A stretch of 63,428 bases of DNA, the filler included, from Nemertoderma westbladi (taxonomy: Eukaryota; Animalia; Xenacoelomorpha): assembly GCA_032718475.1 (NCBI GenBank). It is 4 parts of 4 records of this genome, joined end to end, with 100 filler letters (N's around TTAATTAATTAA, not from the genome) between each part and the next. Parts side by side here need not be neighbours in the genome. Positions count along the whole stretch, not along the records: positions 1 to 25,530 come from JAUCBJ010008743.1; 3 more parts are not named here. One strand, given 5' to 3'. The first letter of the stretch is position 1, and the number at the start of each line of letters is the position of its first letter. The notes below the pieces were generated by a model, which saw nothing but the letters and a program-made list of their open reading frames with translations, was not told the DNA's origin and searched no databases. A program made the position numbers and the translations under genes. Shown here piece by piece: positions 1 to 11,572 of the stretch.

Positions 1-1
1 G

Positions 2-991
2 TTAATCGGTGGTGTTCCTGAGGTAGGTTCGTTGGATATTCGACCATCCTATTTAACCGGATTGGGACGCGGACATCTAACATCGCCATTTAATCCTTAC
101 AACCGGACAGGATTAACTCCGATACAACCTGCCACGGAAGTCGAGGAGAGTGTCATCAGGAACGCTCTAGACGCCATCCGACAGAAAATCGGAAAGGGAA
201 CCCAGGATTTTCTAGAGAAACGTAAATTACGGCAGCAGGTCCAATCGGTGAAAGAGCTAACATTGCCGCAGTTCGATAGAGAAATTCAAAACCTCGAGGA
301 GGACATCGAGCTCGGACGTACGTATTCTCTACAGGAGTTTCTGGAAGAACGCTTGCAGAAACAAGTGGAGGAGAATCAAATGGAGGAGAGGCATACGGAA
401 ATGGATGAGAGAGAAGAAGCCGCTTTAGCCCAACCCGAAACTCAGATACTCATAACCGATCTCTACTCTAAAACCGTCCGTCATCCCTCGATGGTTCCGC
501 ATTTTGGAGATAAACTTTTCGCAAAGATACAACCCCAACTGGTTGATATCAGCATAAGATCGCAAAATCTTATCGCTGACGCTCCTATGTTACAGCGTCC
601 GCCAATCGAGGCCGCTCGAGTTGACGGTATACTCGTTGAACCTCCGGACAATCGAGCGGATCTTGTCCGTCGTATGGTACACGAGGTCAACATACGCGCT
701 AGACCTTTACAGAACTCTTTTTATGGAATTAAAGATCACCCTTATTATGTTAATCTGACTCAATATTATATGGTAAAACCGGATATACCGATCGCAATCC
801 CATACCTTCTGATGCAATCATATTGCACCCTTCACCCAGGAGTTATAGCCCTCCTCGTAAAGTGGCTCGCCCCAAAGAGAAAAGGACTCTTGCTAGCTTT
901 AAAAAACTGCGTAAACGCCGTCCGCGCAAGAAAGACTAACTGTTTAGAGTATTTTTATATTTTAGAAACTGTGATTTTGTATATTTTATAG
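2..991 (+). CDS. Hypothetical protein, 5'-partial (frame open from window start), Glu/Gln-rich coiled-coil middle; family not recognised
   Basis: >319-codon open frame with more balanced base composition than the AT-rich flanks; no motif recognised. Could be an exon or a mobile-element accessory ORF. Confidence 0.4.
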   Translation, partial: LIGGVPEVGSLDIRPSYLTGLGRGHLTSPFNPYNRTGLTPIQPATEVEESVIRNALDAIRQKIGKGTQDFLEKRKLRQQVQSVKELTLPQFDREIQNLEEDIELGRTYSLQEFLEERLQKQVEENQMEERHTEMDEREEAALAQPETQILITDLYSKTVRHPSMVPHFGDKLFAKIQPQLVDISIRSQNLIADAPMLQRPPIEAARVDGILVEPPDNRADLVRRMVHEVNIRARPLQNSFYGIKDHPYYVNLTQYYMVKPDIPIAIPYLLMQSYCTLHPGVIALLVKWLAPKRKGLLLALKNCVNAVRARKTNCLEYFYILETVILYIL

Positions 992-1816
992 ACTTAAATC
1001 CCATTTTCTGGGAGCGGTGTAAAAGCTTCTGTGGGATATAACTGGCCCCTTTTGCTTCGCAATCCAGTTTCCCCACAGGCGCTGGAATACTCTAAAAAGG
1101 TTCTCTAACTGTATATATATTCCCCTCGCCCGCAAGGTACCTTTACAGGTGTTTTAACGGACATAAAAATCATTCTGCTATATACGTGTTTTGGCGGACA
1201 TGGTAAGGCAAAAAACCTGTAATGCACCAACTACCTTTCACAGCTTAGCCGTGATGATTCATATTACGACATCTAGCAGCTGGTTGCTGACATGGAAACA
1301 GCCATTGGACGCGTGGTTCTTTGTTTGGCTTGGGCCAATCAGGGCGGTTTTTCCTGTCGACGTGTAGCTTTTTAGTCGATCATAAGGAGAGTGTTCAGTC
1401 TTACTGTTTTTTCTTGTTACTTTGTTGTTATTGCTGTCTAAGCCAGAAACACCGGCCTTTTGGGAAGAACTCTAGTAAACTGCTTGAATTATCGAAAGTA
1501 TAAACTGTTACCTCAATAAATCACTAACTAACTAACGAATCTTAACTAATTGATCAATCTTAATTAACATACTCACTTAATTTAATTGCATTGATCATAT
1601 TGTTTGTACTGTTATTTTACCGTCAGTTATTAATTGTAAATATTTGTTGATGGAAATATTGCTATTTGGATAATACGGATAAATCACCCAATTCCCAATT
1701 TTCTTGATAACACTACAGGTTAGAGAGACCGGCTATATATAACAATTGCGATTTATATTAATGTGGTGTGTATTGAATCCAATGTTATTTAGCAGACCCT
1801 ACGTGAGTCAATTACT

Positions 1817-3113
1817 GCTCTCTTTATGTGTGATCAAATGTACTGACTGGCGGCAGAATAGTGTGTATGATTGTGATTGGTAACAAAGTATTTCCTAAAG
1901 AATACGTTTTATACTTTAATCATAAGCAGTATCGTTGCGTTTAGTATAAGTCTTAGTTCTGTTTAAATAGATAAAGCGCCACGTCCTAAAGGAACTGTTA
2001 ATATTTCCCGAAAGCCAATAATATCTGTCAGAGATTAATTATTAACGATCTATCGAATAATACATTAGGTATACACTGCAACCTTACACTGTAATAATAC
2101 AATTCAAGCATCCGAATTCAGTCTCCCGGGTGTAGATCCATCGGGTGAATGATCGCGCATGGGCTGACTTCGGCTAGTGTTTTGCGTATTAGCATAAATT
2201 ATTGTCGTATGCTAAAGTGGTTTTAATTAACTAAAAGACATATAAATTTTGGCAGGTTAAACTGCTAAAGGTCTTCAAAAGCGCGAACAATGGCTCTAAA
2301 GTATTTTTAACCAAAATTACCCAGCCTTAGATCCCCTCTGTTCCAAATTTCAACTGATTTCAGTCAGAATTGTTTAAGAAATAGATTCTGAGATAAATGG
2401 GTTTAACGATGAATGAAAAATACCGATAATAGACCTCCCCCCCCCCCCCCCCCCGACCCACCCCCTCTCTCTTAAAATACGCTGCACGTTATTTTGACCC
2501 CTCTGCGTTTTTATTTTGTTGAGCACCGCACCGGTGGGAGCCCTGTCCAGTCCATGACTACCAACAGTGAAAGTTGAATACTCCAATAGTAATAACAATA
2601 GTTCACTTCCATTGATAAGAGAACAAAAAGTTTGCTGGCAAATACACTCCATTACTGTTCGCGCTTTTAGACCTTTAGCAGTTTAACCCGCCAAATTTAG
2701 GTGTCTTCTAGGTTATAAATCGACTTTAGCCTATAACAAGTATTTGATACACATAAAGCTACATTAGCCGAAGCCAGCCTATGCGCGATCATTCACCCAC
2801 GGTTAAGGGAGACTGGATTCGGATGCTCTGACCTTATTGCGGTGTAGGCCTACTGTACTATTCGATTGATCGTTAATATATAATCTCTGACAAATATTAT
2901 TCACTTTCGGGAAATATTAACAGTTCCTTTAGGACGTGGCGCTCTAAGTATGTAAACAGAGTTATGACTTACACTAAACACAACACTAATGATTTACGTA
3001 TAAAGCGCATTCTTTAGGAAATGCTTTGTTACCTGTCACACTCATGCACACTACCGCACACTGCTGCACACTGATCTGCCGACCTTCACTAATTTTAGTC
3101 ATATATAAAGAGA
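1817..3113. mobile_element. Decayed foldback/MITE-like element with ~470-bp imperfect inverted arms
   Basis: Arm ~1817-2292 is the reverse complement of ~2652-3113 (e.g. gcgccacgtcctaaaggaactgttaatatttcccgaaag vs ctttcgggaaatattaacagttcctttaggacgtggcgc); ~360-bp spacer containing a poly-C run. Confidence 0.75.
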
Positions 3114-3140
3114 ACCTGGAGAGCTAGTGGGCCACTGGTT

Positions 3141-3407
3141 GAAAAGTAAAAGTCGGCCACTAGACCAGGGCATAAGCACAAAGTCTGACGACTTATTTTC
3201 AGTGCGGTCCCCCCAGAACTTTACTCCCCAGAGGAAACTCAAATACTCATTTAGCTACCACTTAAGGATGCAAGGCAGAGATGCGCCCTGGCTGGTCCCT
3301 TTAAAGCATTCGTGCCGAAACGAAAAATGCCCTGGCCCGTGTGAGGATCGAACCCACGACCTACGGGAGATGTGAATTCAATGCAACCACTACACCAAGA
3401 TGGAACC
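3141..3407 (-). mobile_element. tRNA-derived SINE (family A), tRNA-Val-like head
   Basis: Minus strand begins ggttccatcttggtgtagtggtt (A box) ... ggttcgatcc (B box) and ends in an (acttt)-type tail. The body recurs at ~50365-50505 and a head fragment at ~61033-61057. Confidence 0.75.
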
Positions 3408-3770
3408 TGGGCTCGGGAGTTCATCCTGCAACGAAGCGTGTTCATCGCAGACACAGTCCGTAGAGTTAGGGTGGAAGCCCTGCATCCGAGCGATAAGGTG
3501 GTGGAAACCATAAGACGAGTACCGTGTCACAACGTGTCTGAGTTTCGAATATTTAATATTAAATATTTTAGTGATTTTGGTTTGGCATTATTTTTAGTGA
3601 AAATGAAATTATTTATCGTGAGACAAAAAATAAGAGCCTAATAGAATACAACTATAAAAAGGTAACATTTCACGAAACGACAACAACTGTTTTATAAGTA
3701 GGAAGATTGTAACACCTGCGGTAGGCTACCTGCGTAATAAAAATAAGCAACAAATATTTATGGAAATTCT

Positions 3771-3995
3771 TAAACGTTTATGTAAATAAGCAAGCAGTAA
3801 ACGTTTATGTAAATAAGCAAGCAGTAAACGTTTATGTAAATAAGCAAGCAGTAAACGTTTATGTAAATAAGCAAGCAGTAAACGTTTATGTAAATAAGCA
3901 AGCAGTAAACGTTTATGTAAATAAGCAAGCAGTAAACGTTTATGTAAATAAGCAAGCAGTAAACGTTTATGTAATTAAGCAAGCAGTAAACGTTT
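3771..3995. repeat. 27-bp minisatellite (taaacgtttatgtaaataagcaagcag), ~8 copies
   Basis: Near-perfect tandem copies directly downstream of the SOWAH stop; the unit contains the palindrome TAAACGTTTA. Confidence 0.95.
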
Positions 3996-4005
3996 CCGCA
4001 ACCAC

Positions 4006-5166
4006 CTACGAGGACCCCCCTGCAATGCTCATCCGAGCGTGTTTAAATCTCCGCTCTAGAGACATGACCTTACTGACTAGGTGGTCCCCGAATATATGTG
4101 AGTACGGAGTTGTGTGATCCTCAAGGGCTTTTTGGGACTCAGATTTTAAATTTTTAGATGCAACGGCTAACGGTTTCTTTCCACTGTGGTCGCGCACGTT
4201 GGCGTCTGCGTTGTACATCATCACTAGCATCAGTATCACGGAGTCGTGCCCCTGTCTGCAGGCGAGATGCAGGGGGGTGTACCCCCCGTGTGTCTTGGAG
4301 TTCACCTCGATGTCCGGCTGGCCCCCTAGAAACTGCAGCACATGGGGAAAATTCTTGAAGGCGGCCCAATGTAAGGCGGTCCAGCCGTTAAGGAAGTCCT
4401 TCTTGTTAAGCAACCTGGGGTCAGTCTCCAACATCTGTTGGAGTTGGGATTTATTGCAGGCAGCTGATTGGGCCATCCAACGTCTTTCTATTTCCGGTAA
4501 AGGTTCGAATTCCTCTTCGTCTGCCCTCCCCCCTGCCGAAAGCGTCACAACGTCGTTTACTGATTCATTATTACCCTCGAGGGACTCCTGGTTCCTACGA
4601 TGGAGGATTATTTCCATATTGGGATCCCGCGGTACTAATCCCTTAAACTCCAGGTTGCCTCCGCCTTTGTGAATCGGTTTCGCAGTTTCGGATATCGCCT
4701 TGGACGCGTGGTAATAAGTCGAGGACTTAGGAGTTACATCAGTCTGGTTGTCTTTCGGGATATCCATAAGTGTTTCTTGTTCTTCTACATCTACACTCAC
4801 TATTGGGGCGCTTCCTGACACGCTTACAGTTGAATCTGTTTCTAATACGCTTTGTGGTTCTGTTGCAACGGGTTCGTTATCACTTGGAAGATGCGCGTTT
4901 TCTCCAACACTACTTTCCCAATAGAGGCTCTTTAAGAACAGCCATTTCTCGCCGTTTTCATCTTTCCTTAACTCAGAAAGACGGGCAACGTATTCTTTGA
5001 ACTGTTTTCTAGCAATGTCTTTATTATCGGGGTCATGTAGAAACTCCTTAAAGTATTCCACGAGATCGGAATGTTTCACTTTCTCTTCGTGTTGAAGGAA
5101 ATATCGCTTTATTGATGCAACCGACAATTCATCAGGGCTTTCTGCTTCTGGTCGTGACGAAGACAT
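4006..5166 (-). CDS. SOWAH: Sosondowah (SOWAH)-family ankyrin repeat protein, single exon
   Basis: 386-aa ORF. The N-terminal SVASIKRYFL..KVKHSDLVEYFKEFL..ARKQFKEYV domain is typical of SOWAH; C-terminal ankyrin repeats (KDFLNGWTALHWAA, HGGYTPLHLAC, RDHSGKKP). Confidence 0.85.
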   Translation of the reverse strand: MSSSRPEAESPDELSVASIKRYFLQHEEKVKHSDLVEYFKEFLHDPDNKDIARKQFKEYVARLSELRKDENGEKWLFLKSLYWESSVGENAHLPSDNEPVATEPQSVLETDSTVSVSGSAPIVSVDVEEQETLMDIPKDNQTDVTPKSSTYYHASKAISETAKPIHKGGGNLEFKGLVPRDPNMEIILHRRNQESLEGNNESVNDVVTLSAGGRADEEEFEPLPEIERRWMAQSAACNKSQLQQMLETDPRLLNKKDFLNGWTALHWAAFKNFPHVLQFLGGQPDIEVNSKTHGGYTPLHLACRQGHDSVILMLVMMYNADANVRDHSGKKPLAVASKNLKSESQKALEDHTTPYSHIFGDHLVSKVMSLERRFKHARMSIAGGSS

Positions 5167-5409
5167 ATTTCCACACTATATATTACAGTACAGGAATCTG
5201 CATATTTGAGAATGGCAGAATGGACACATGGGTGTAAACAAGAGACTACAAGAGCAGATACCGGTAGCGGTAACCGTTATTATATTAGGCTGTCAGCCTA
5301 TCAAAAACTACCAAAATTATTTACTACTGTATAATACATTGTGCTACTTATTTTACTAGGCGACATTCACCTTTCGGGTGCATTTCAGCATTTGTCAATA
5401 ATAAAACCA

Positions 5410-5745
5410 TAATTGTAACCGGAACCAAAACAATAAAAGAGAAAATCAATAACAAAACTGGATTTCCATTTCGTAGAGTAATTTAATGGAAAGGAGCACG
5501 TTACAGTGACGGTGTTTTATAACCAAAACAATAAACGAACTAGATTTCTTAATTAATGGAAAGGAAAGGACCAGGTTACATAGTAGCACGCTTTTCTAAC
5601 CAAAACAATAACGAAAGAACACAGGTTACAGTCTTATTTTTGCAACAGACTGATGGTTGGCCTATGGCATGACCAGGTTACAGGTAGCACACTTTTCTAA
5701 CCAAAACAATTTTTAAACGATAACAAAAGACACAGGTGAAAGTCT
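5410..5745 (+). repeat. Degenerate tandem copies of a dispersed ggttacag...taaccaaaacaataa repeat
   Basis: aaccaaaacaat occurs ~4 times here; related single copies at ~9945-10030, ~42460-42540, ~53560-53620 and ~59540. Confidence 0.65.
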
Positions 5746-5747
5746 TA

Positions 5748-6645
5748 TGGCCTACATACTACGGCCTGCTGGTGCCAGTTTATTTTTACAATATTATGAT
5801 GTTTTGATATGGGGAGAGTTCTATAAATTTTCATTTGCTGTAATTTGGTCAATGGACGTAATTGAATACTACTGTAAGTCTCCTCGTTAAGCAAGATACA
5901 AACTTTTATGGTAGCTAGTGTTTTAGCTAGTAATTTCAACACTGGTTCCGACACCCTACTTCGCCCTCTACCTACAAATATTTTGTTGTAGCTAGTTATT
6001 TTTACTATTTGTATATAAAATGTTCCAGAACATGTTACAGTAGCTATTCATTTAAAAAAATGTTCTAGACAAATATTTCTTGTTCTAGAACATTTTTTAG
6101 AAAAAAATCTGGATATTTAAAACGCATGGAATCGTTCTAAAACGTGTTTAAAATAAATAAAAAAAAACATTTTATTCACAATATTTTTTTTCACTATTTT
6201 TTTTATTGATTTTAAACACGTTTTAGAACGCTTCTATGCGTTTTAAATAGAATCCAGAATTTTTTCAAATAAATGTTCTAGAACAAAAAATATTTGTTCT
6301 AGAACATAATTTTTTTTTAATTAATAGCTAACATGTTCTGGAACATTTTCTATACAAATTGTAATAAGAACTATGTGCTACAAAATATTTATAGAGGGAA
6401 GTAGGATGTCGGAACCAGTGTTGAAATTACTAGCTAAATCTACCTAAAACACTAGCTACCATAAAATTTAGTATATTGCTTAACGATGAGACTTCAACTT
6501 CGTCCATTGACCAAATTGTAGCAAATTAAAATTTATAGAACTCTCCCTATATCAAAATATCATAATATTGTAAATAAACTGGCCTCTTTTTTTCAGCCTC
6601 TTTAGGTGACCTAGCAGGCCGTAGTATACTGGTATAGTAGGCCAT
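5748..6645. mobile_element. ~900-bp palindromic foldback/MITE
   Basis: tggcctac...gtaggcca termini; arms are reverse-complementary up to a centre near 6180; rich in gttctagaac. Related sequence at ~60290-60960 and ~61910-62110. Confidence 0.8.
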
Positions 6646-6759
6646 GGTGTTATTTTTGCAACCGGCTGATGGACATGTGGCTAAGTCACACGAATAGTTC
6701 ACAAAAGGCACTTTGGCATTTTGGGAGGGGCATTTGTAAAACGAGGATACCAGCAAAAT

Positions 6760-7015
6760 CCGCGGATCCTGTTGCGGATACCATAGAAGCAATGACTGAT
6801 CCCAGTAGGATCCGCGGATCCTAGAAACCACGGATCCGCGGATCCAATAATAGTCTATGGTATCCGCATTATACAAATTTGTAAAACGCGGATCCCATAG
6901 AAAACCATTAAGGCAGCGGATCCCATAGACACCATTGAATAACCTTTATGTACGTACATGTCTCTTATGGAGTTATGGTGTCCGCTGTTTACAAATTTGT
7001 AAAGAGCGGATCCCG
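6760..7015. repeat. Degenerate cluster of gcggatcc/ggatccgc motifs (probable TE remnant)
   Basis: About 8 GGATCC-centred motifs within 250 bp. Confidence 0.5.
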
Positions 7016-7560
7016 TTCAAACAATAATGCAATTGCTTGATTCTGTATGTAGGGCAATTGTAATATGTTTTGTTTCGACAAATATATTGATATACAAAAT
7101 AAACTAAAATATCTACGGTGGTGATTTCCGGCCATTTACTACTTTATCGAGTATTTTTTTCATTTTTTTTCCAAAGTAAGTATTTTTTCCATTTTTTTTT
7201 TGAAAGTAAGTATTTTTTTCATTTTTTTCGAAAGTATAATACAAATCTTAATGAGATCGCTTTGGACGACTATCCAGCTATTTCTCATCTACATTCAGCA
7301 TATTTGGAATCCTTGTTAATTAAGTCTACCACCTATTTCACAGTAACCAACGATTGCTATAAGGTTGAGGAAAAAGGACTGGTGCAATATCGACGGAGAC
7401 ACTTTTTAAACGATTGCATCTAAAGAATGAAAGTGAGAATAAAAATTATGATTCACACCGCTAAATGGTGAAAAGTGGCGAAACTATTTTGACTTTGAGT
7501 TATTCTTTTCATGATACAAATTAACAGGAAGATGACATAATACATAATTTATAAGTACGT

Positions 7561-7652
7561 AAATGCCAAAATGCCAGAGTGCTTTTGGAGAAATGTAGTA
7601 ATGTAGTATGATTCTAACAGTTCCCCAAAGGCACTTTGGCATTCTGGCATTT
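7561..7652. repeat. Short hairpin element with ~32-bp inverted arms upstream of HSD17B12
   Basis: aaatgccaaaatgccagagtgcttttggagaa ... ttccccaaaggcactttggcattctggcattt; a partial arm also occurs at ~6700-6725. Confidence 0.7.
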
Positions 7653-7875
7653 AGTTGAAATTCATTATTCGCTGAGATCCGGGTAGGCCTATGGTGTATT
7701 AGTATTGTATGGTACCCGACCCGTACTGCCGTACTTAGCTGAACCAGACATCGAATACAGGAATAGCTGTAGTCTTTTGGGTAATTCTGTAATTCGTAGG
7801 ACCGTCCGGCATCCGGGGACATCGTTATACAGTTACCCATAATTATTGTTCTGGACTGACACTGAACGCACTGCG

Positions 7876-8817
7876 ATGGAATATCCCCTTCGCTCAACGT
7901 TCCTCTACTACTTGGGCTGCTCGGTAGCGGTAATCTACACTCTCCGTTTGGTAGCCTCGCTGTATCGCGGACTCCGAATGTATGTTATCGGTGGGGGAGT
8001 GGACCTGTCTACCTACGGACCGTGGGCCGTAATTACCGGCAGCACGGACGGTATTGGCAAGGAATACGCGTTTCAGCTCGCGAAGAGAGGACTCAATATC
8101 CTACTAATTGCTCGAAACCCGGAAAAATTAAAAACCGTCGCGGAAGAAATTATTTCCTTCGCTAAAGTAGAAACGAAAACGATAGTTGCAGACTTCCAGG
8201 AAACCGATATATACGAGACGATTGCCGAGGGGGTTAAAGACCTGGATGTTGGAGTTCTAGTAAACAACGTCGGGGTTTCTTATACTCATCCGGAATACAT
8301 ACTGGACTACGGTGACAAAATGGGCGACAACTTCAGACATATGATTAATGTCAACTGTGTCTCCATGGCAGTAATGACTAAGATAGTGATGCCTCGTATG
8401 GTGACCCGAGGTCGTGGTATTGTCATTAACGTGTCGTCTATGGCCTGTCTCGTTTACACACCTCTACTCGCGGTATATTCGGCCACTAAGGTATTCGCTG
8501 ATTACTTCAGTAGTTGCCTCTCCTACGAATACAGAAACACCGACATCATCATCCAGGAAGTCGTACCTTTCTTTATCTCAACTAAGATGTCGGGTATTCG
8601 TAGGGCTACGTTCTGGTTCCCGTCAGCTAAGGTTTTCGTTTCATCGCAACTACGTACCTTGGGTACCGGCTCTAGAACGTTTGGTTATTGGCCTCACGCC
8701 ATTAATGCGTTTTTCACTGAGAACATCCTTCCTCAGTGGGTTTCGGTTGCATTGGGCTACCGGTGGATGCAGAAATTTAGGAAAAGGGCAATTCAGAAGA
8801 AAATGAAACGGAATTAA
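7876..8817 (+). CDS. HSD17B12: Very-long-chain 3-oxoacyl-CoA reductase (17-beta-HSD12/KAR, SDR family), intronless
   Basis: N-terminal TM segment, WAVITGSTDGIGKEYA (TGxxxGxG), VLVNNVG, catalytic YSATK, C-terminal KxKxx ER-retrieval motif. First ATG at 7876. Confidence 0.92.
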   Translation: MEYPLRSTFLYYLGCSVAVIYTLRLVASLYRGLRMYVIGGGVDLSTYGPWAVITGSTDGIGKEYAFQLAKRGLNILLIARNPEKLKTVAEEIISFAKVETKTIVADFQETDIYETIAEGVKDLDVGVLVNNVGVSYTHPEYILDYGDKMGDNFRHMINVNCVSMAVMTKIVMPRMVTRGRGIVINVSSMACLVYTPLLAVYSATKVFADYFSSCLSYEYRNTDIIIQEVVPFFISTKMSGIRRATFWFPSAKVFVSSQLRTLGTGSRTFGYWPHAINAFFTENILPQWVSVALGYRWMQKFRKRAIQKKMKRN

Positions 8818-9225
8818 ATCTTCTGTGATATGCAATGAGGAAGAATTCGGCTGGGAGAAATTGATGTAATCCTGTACTGTAACAACTGCTACAGAGAGTA
8901 ACTTTGGTGAAAAGTCAATGTACACTGTTTTCTGTTCGCACACTACAGATACAGTATTGTACTATACGACATGTGCGATGGCTTATAATTTCTAGGATAT
9001 TGAATTTAATTAATTGTGATTTATTTTTCTGACAATCTTGTGTTCATATCGTATTTTATGGATAAGAAATTACATTTTGATTTTCAATTAGAAAATATTT
9101 AAAATCTCCAAACTGGTCATATTGTCTCATCGAAATAAATGTGTTCGAAGTATGAGGGGGGATATAAGCAACGATATATGGGGGGGGGGGGGGGGGGGGT
9201 GGGTGCGGGGTACGATAGGGGGTTA

Positions 9226-10642
9226 CAGGCCTCCCAGAGTTTCCTTTTTTCCTTTTTTTTCCTTTTTTTTTAGAACGTTTCCTTTTTTTCCTTTTTTTTA
9301 GAATTTTCCCTTTTTTCCTTTTATTTTGTCAATATTCACACCTTTTTTTCCTTTTTTTTTTAGTTCAGAAAATAGCCTGCTGTAAGTTGTAACATCTATT
9401 CAGTACAAGGCAGTGGGAGACAGATGGACAGGTCGTGCAGTTTAATCAATTACCGGTACTGTACCACTGTCTGACTGTAGTTCCATATATGACGATTTCA
9501 GTACTTACTATATACTATCAGTATAGTTGTCCTTGGCTTGGTAGTAAACTAATATAACAATGTACAGGACAAGTTATTTTCCTGCAATCATACTTAACGG
9601 TACCGGTACCAATGGAAACCATTAGATCCCAGCAATCATTGGCAGATAAACTGAAATTTCAGCTTGCTGCTGATATTGACAAGGTTATAACGGAGATTGA
9701 CGGGCATATGTCTATTATATTTTGATTAGATATTTTTTTGACAAAAATCACAAGCTACAGTAAGCTACCATAAAAATGTAGCTGTGGAGAGAACTTTAAT
9801 ATATTTATTTCTGAGACAGGCTGTCTCTGTCTCAGAAAATATGTATATTAAAGTTCTCTCCGCAGCTACATTTTTAGCGTGTGATTTATTATAATTGACG
9901 CAAAAAACCGCCTTGGTGAATCAACAATGATGATTTCAATTTAGGGAAAGGAACAGGTTGCAGTGGCAGTCTATTCTAACCAAAACAATAAAAGAAAGCA
10001 TATAACACTGTTACAGTTTTATTTTTGCTCGCAATCGGCTGTAATTTGCGTCCATTTTTCCCTGGATATGGTTGAATTTTGATAAGCATTTTTGTTATTT
10101 ATATAAATGTAGCCACGACCGGAAATCCATACCAAAGGTTTTATATCACTTTCAAACTAAAGTTATATTTACAATCATTTGATAAACCTATATCAATGAC
10201 CATCAATCGGCGGAACTCGACCATCTCTGATAACTAGGCAAAAAAAAGGTAAAAATATCTGTATAATAATATTAATAATATTAATACATTAACTATAATT
10301 AATATTAATTATATTGCCATTGCCGTTGTTCTCTTTCCTGCGTGTTTATATTTTTTAACTTTCTTTGATATCTTCCTGTCATTTAAAACAGGACGTTTCT
10401 TTATGGGATTCTTCATAGTATATACAGTAAGGTTAATGAGATAGAATCAAGAAACAGCACATAATGTTTACTATTACTTTTGTAAAGATAATATCTATTC
10501 AGTTTTCCCCTTTTTTTTGAACTGTATCCGATCCTTTTTTTCCTTTTTTTTTAACTGCATCCTATCCTTTTTTTCCTTTTTTTTTGAAAATATTAAATCC
10601 TTTTTTCCTTTTTTTTCTCGATTTTTTTGGCTGGGAGGGCTG
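9226..10642. mobile_element. Non-autonomous DNA transposon with short CAG-starting TIRs and 6-bp TSD
   Basis: caggcctcccag ... ctgggagggctg termini flanked by gggtta on both sides; subterminal (ttcctttttt)n tracts at both ends; no ORF. Confidence 0.65.
9771..9876. repeat. Near-perfect ~50-bp inverted repeat (mini foldback) nested in the 9226-10642 element
   Basis: taaaaatgtagctgtggagagaactttaatata..ctgagacag / ctgtctcag..tatattaaagttctctccgcagctacattttta. Confidence 0.85.
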
Positions 10643-10934
10643 GGGTTAAACAATCAGTGATGGGTCTGGGTGAGTATCACTGGAATAATATTTGCCCAAT
10701 AGTTATAACAAAATAACAATAACAACGACAAATTAATAAAAGCATATTTCAAAAATGTATATATTATAGAAACAATATTATATAATATATAGTAATTTCG
10801 GGCAACGGGGAGCAACAAAGTAGCAGACAGTTGCTCACCGGGTGGGGGGGAAGACGGGATGTACGATGGGGAGGGGGTGGTTAGAATACCAGTAATGTAA
10901 TACCATTCCATATAGATGTATTATATATAGTTAG

Positions 10935-11030
10935 CCACGATAGGTATAGAAGTATTATAGTATAAGGTATAGAAATAGTATCATAGTAATAGGTAGAAGT
11001 ACTATATCATACATAATATTAGGTAGAAAT
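10935..11030 (+). repeat. Degenerate proximal copies of the 26/27-bp satellite
   Basis: aggtatagaagtattatag, aggtagaagtactatatcata and attaggtagaaat precede the CRE insertion. Confidence 0.75.
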
Positions 11031-11572
11031 TTTTTTTTTTGGAACTCTTAAGTCTCATTTATTCACATAGATAATAAAACGTTAATGTTAAACAATACCC
11101 ACCACCAGCCGACGTTACTAGGCAACCAATGTAGGAGGGAAATTTAAAATGAAATCCTTTGCCCGCCCCCAACACAGAAACAGTCTCTACGGTGTATGGA
11201 GCATACTACTGTATTTACCCCACCCTACCGAACTGCGCCAACACCCCATGGTCTGAGTCCGCGTTAGCCAACCGGATCGATGAGTCGGTGACTGCCTCCC
11301 GCACCGGTCGCCTAGCAGCCGAACGGTACCCGCGTAAACACATTAAGGACGACCTGAGGAGGGAGAAACTGATTCGCCGACGTACCCACGATACGCACTC
11401 TGGATAGGGAACCTGCCGTTTCTCGCCAACTTAACCGCCAGTAGTTTGACAAACTGATGGGCAGCTGGTGCCATTCCGCCGAAAGCAGATAAAATTAAGG
11501 GAGTGAATGTGGAGTGTTCCACCTCGCGTAATCTCTCCTCGTATTTCCGGCACTTCCTCGCCTCGTGGTGGA
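11031..11572 (-). mobile_element. 5'-truncated CRE-clade non-LTR retrotransposon (C-terminal REL endonuclease region, 3'UTR, poly-A)
   Basis: Minus-strand translation HEARKCRKYEERLREVEHSTFTPLILSAFGGMAPAAHQFVKLLAVKLA / YPECVSWVRRRISFSLLRSSLMCLRG matches the CRE C-terminal pattern (one frameshift). Poly-T at 11030-11040 on +; 13-bp TSD attaggtagaaat at 11018-11030 and 11573-11585. Confidence 0.8.

Noticed and set aside
3330-3407. Functional tRNA gene (also 12310-12373, 53722-53800, 58095-58166)
   Set aside because: A and B boxes are present but cloverleaf stems are broken; three of the four continue into repeated SINE bodies.
3770-3982. ORF (YINVYCLLI)n
   Set aside because: Translation of the 27-bp minisatellite.
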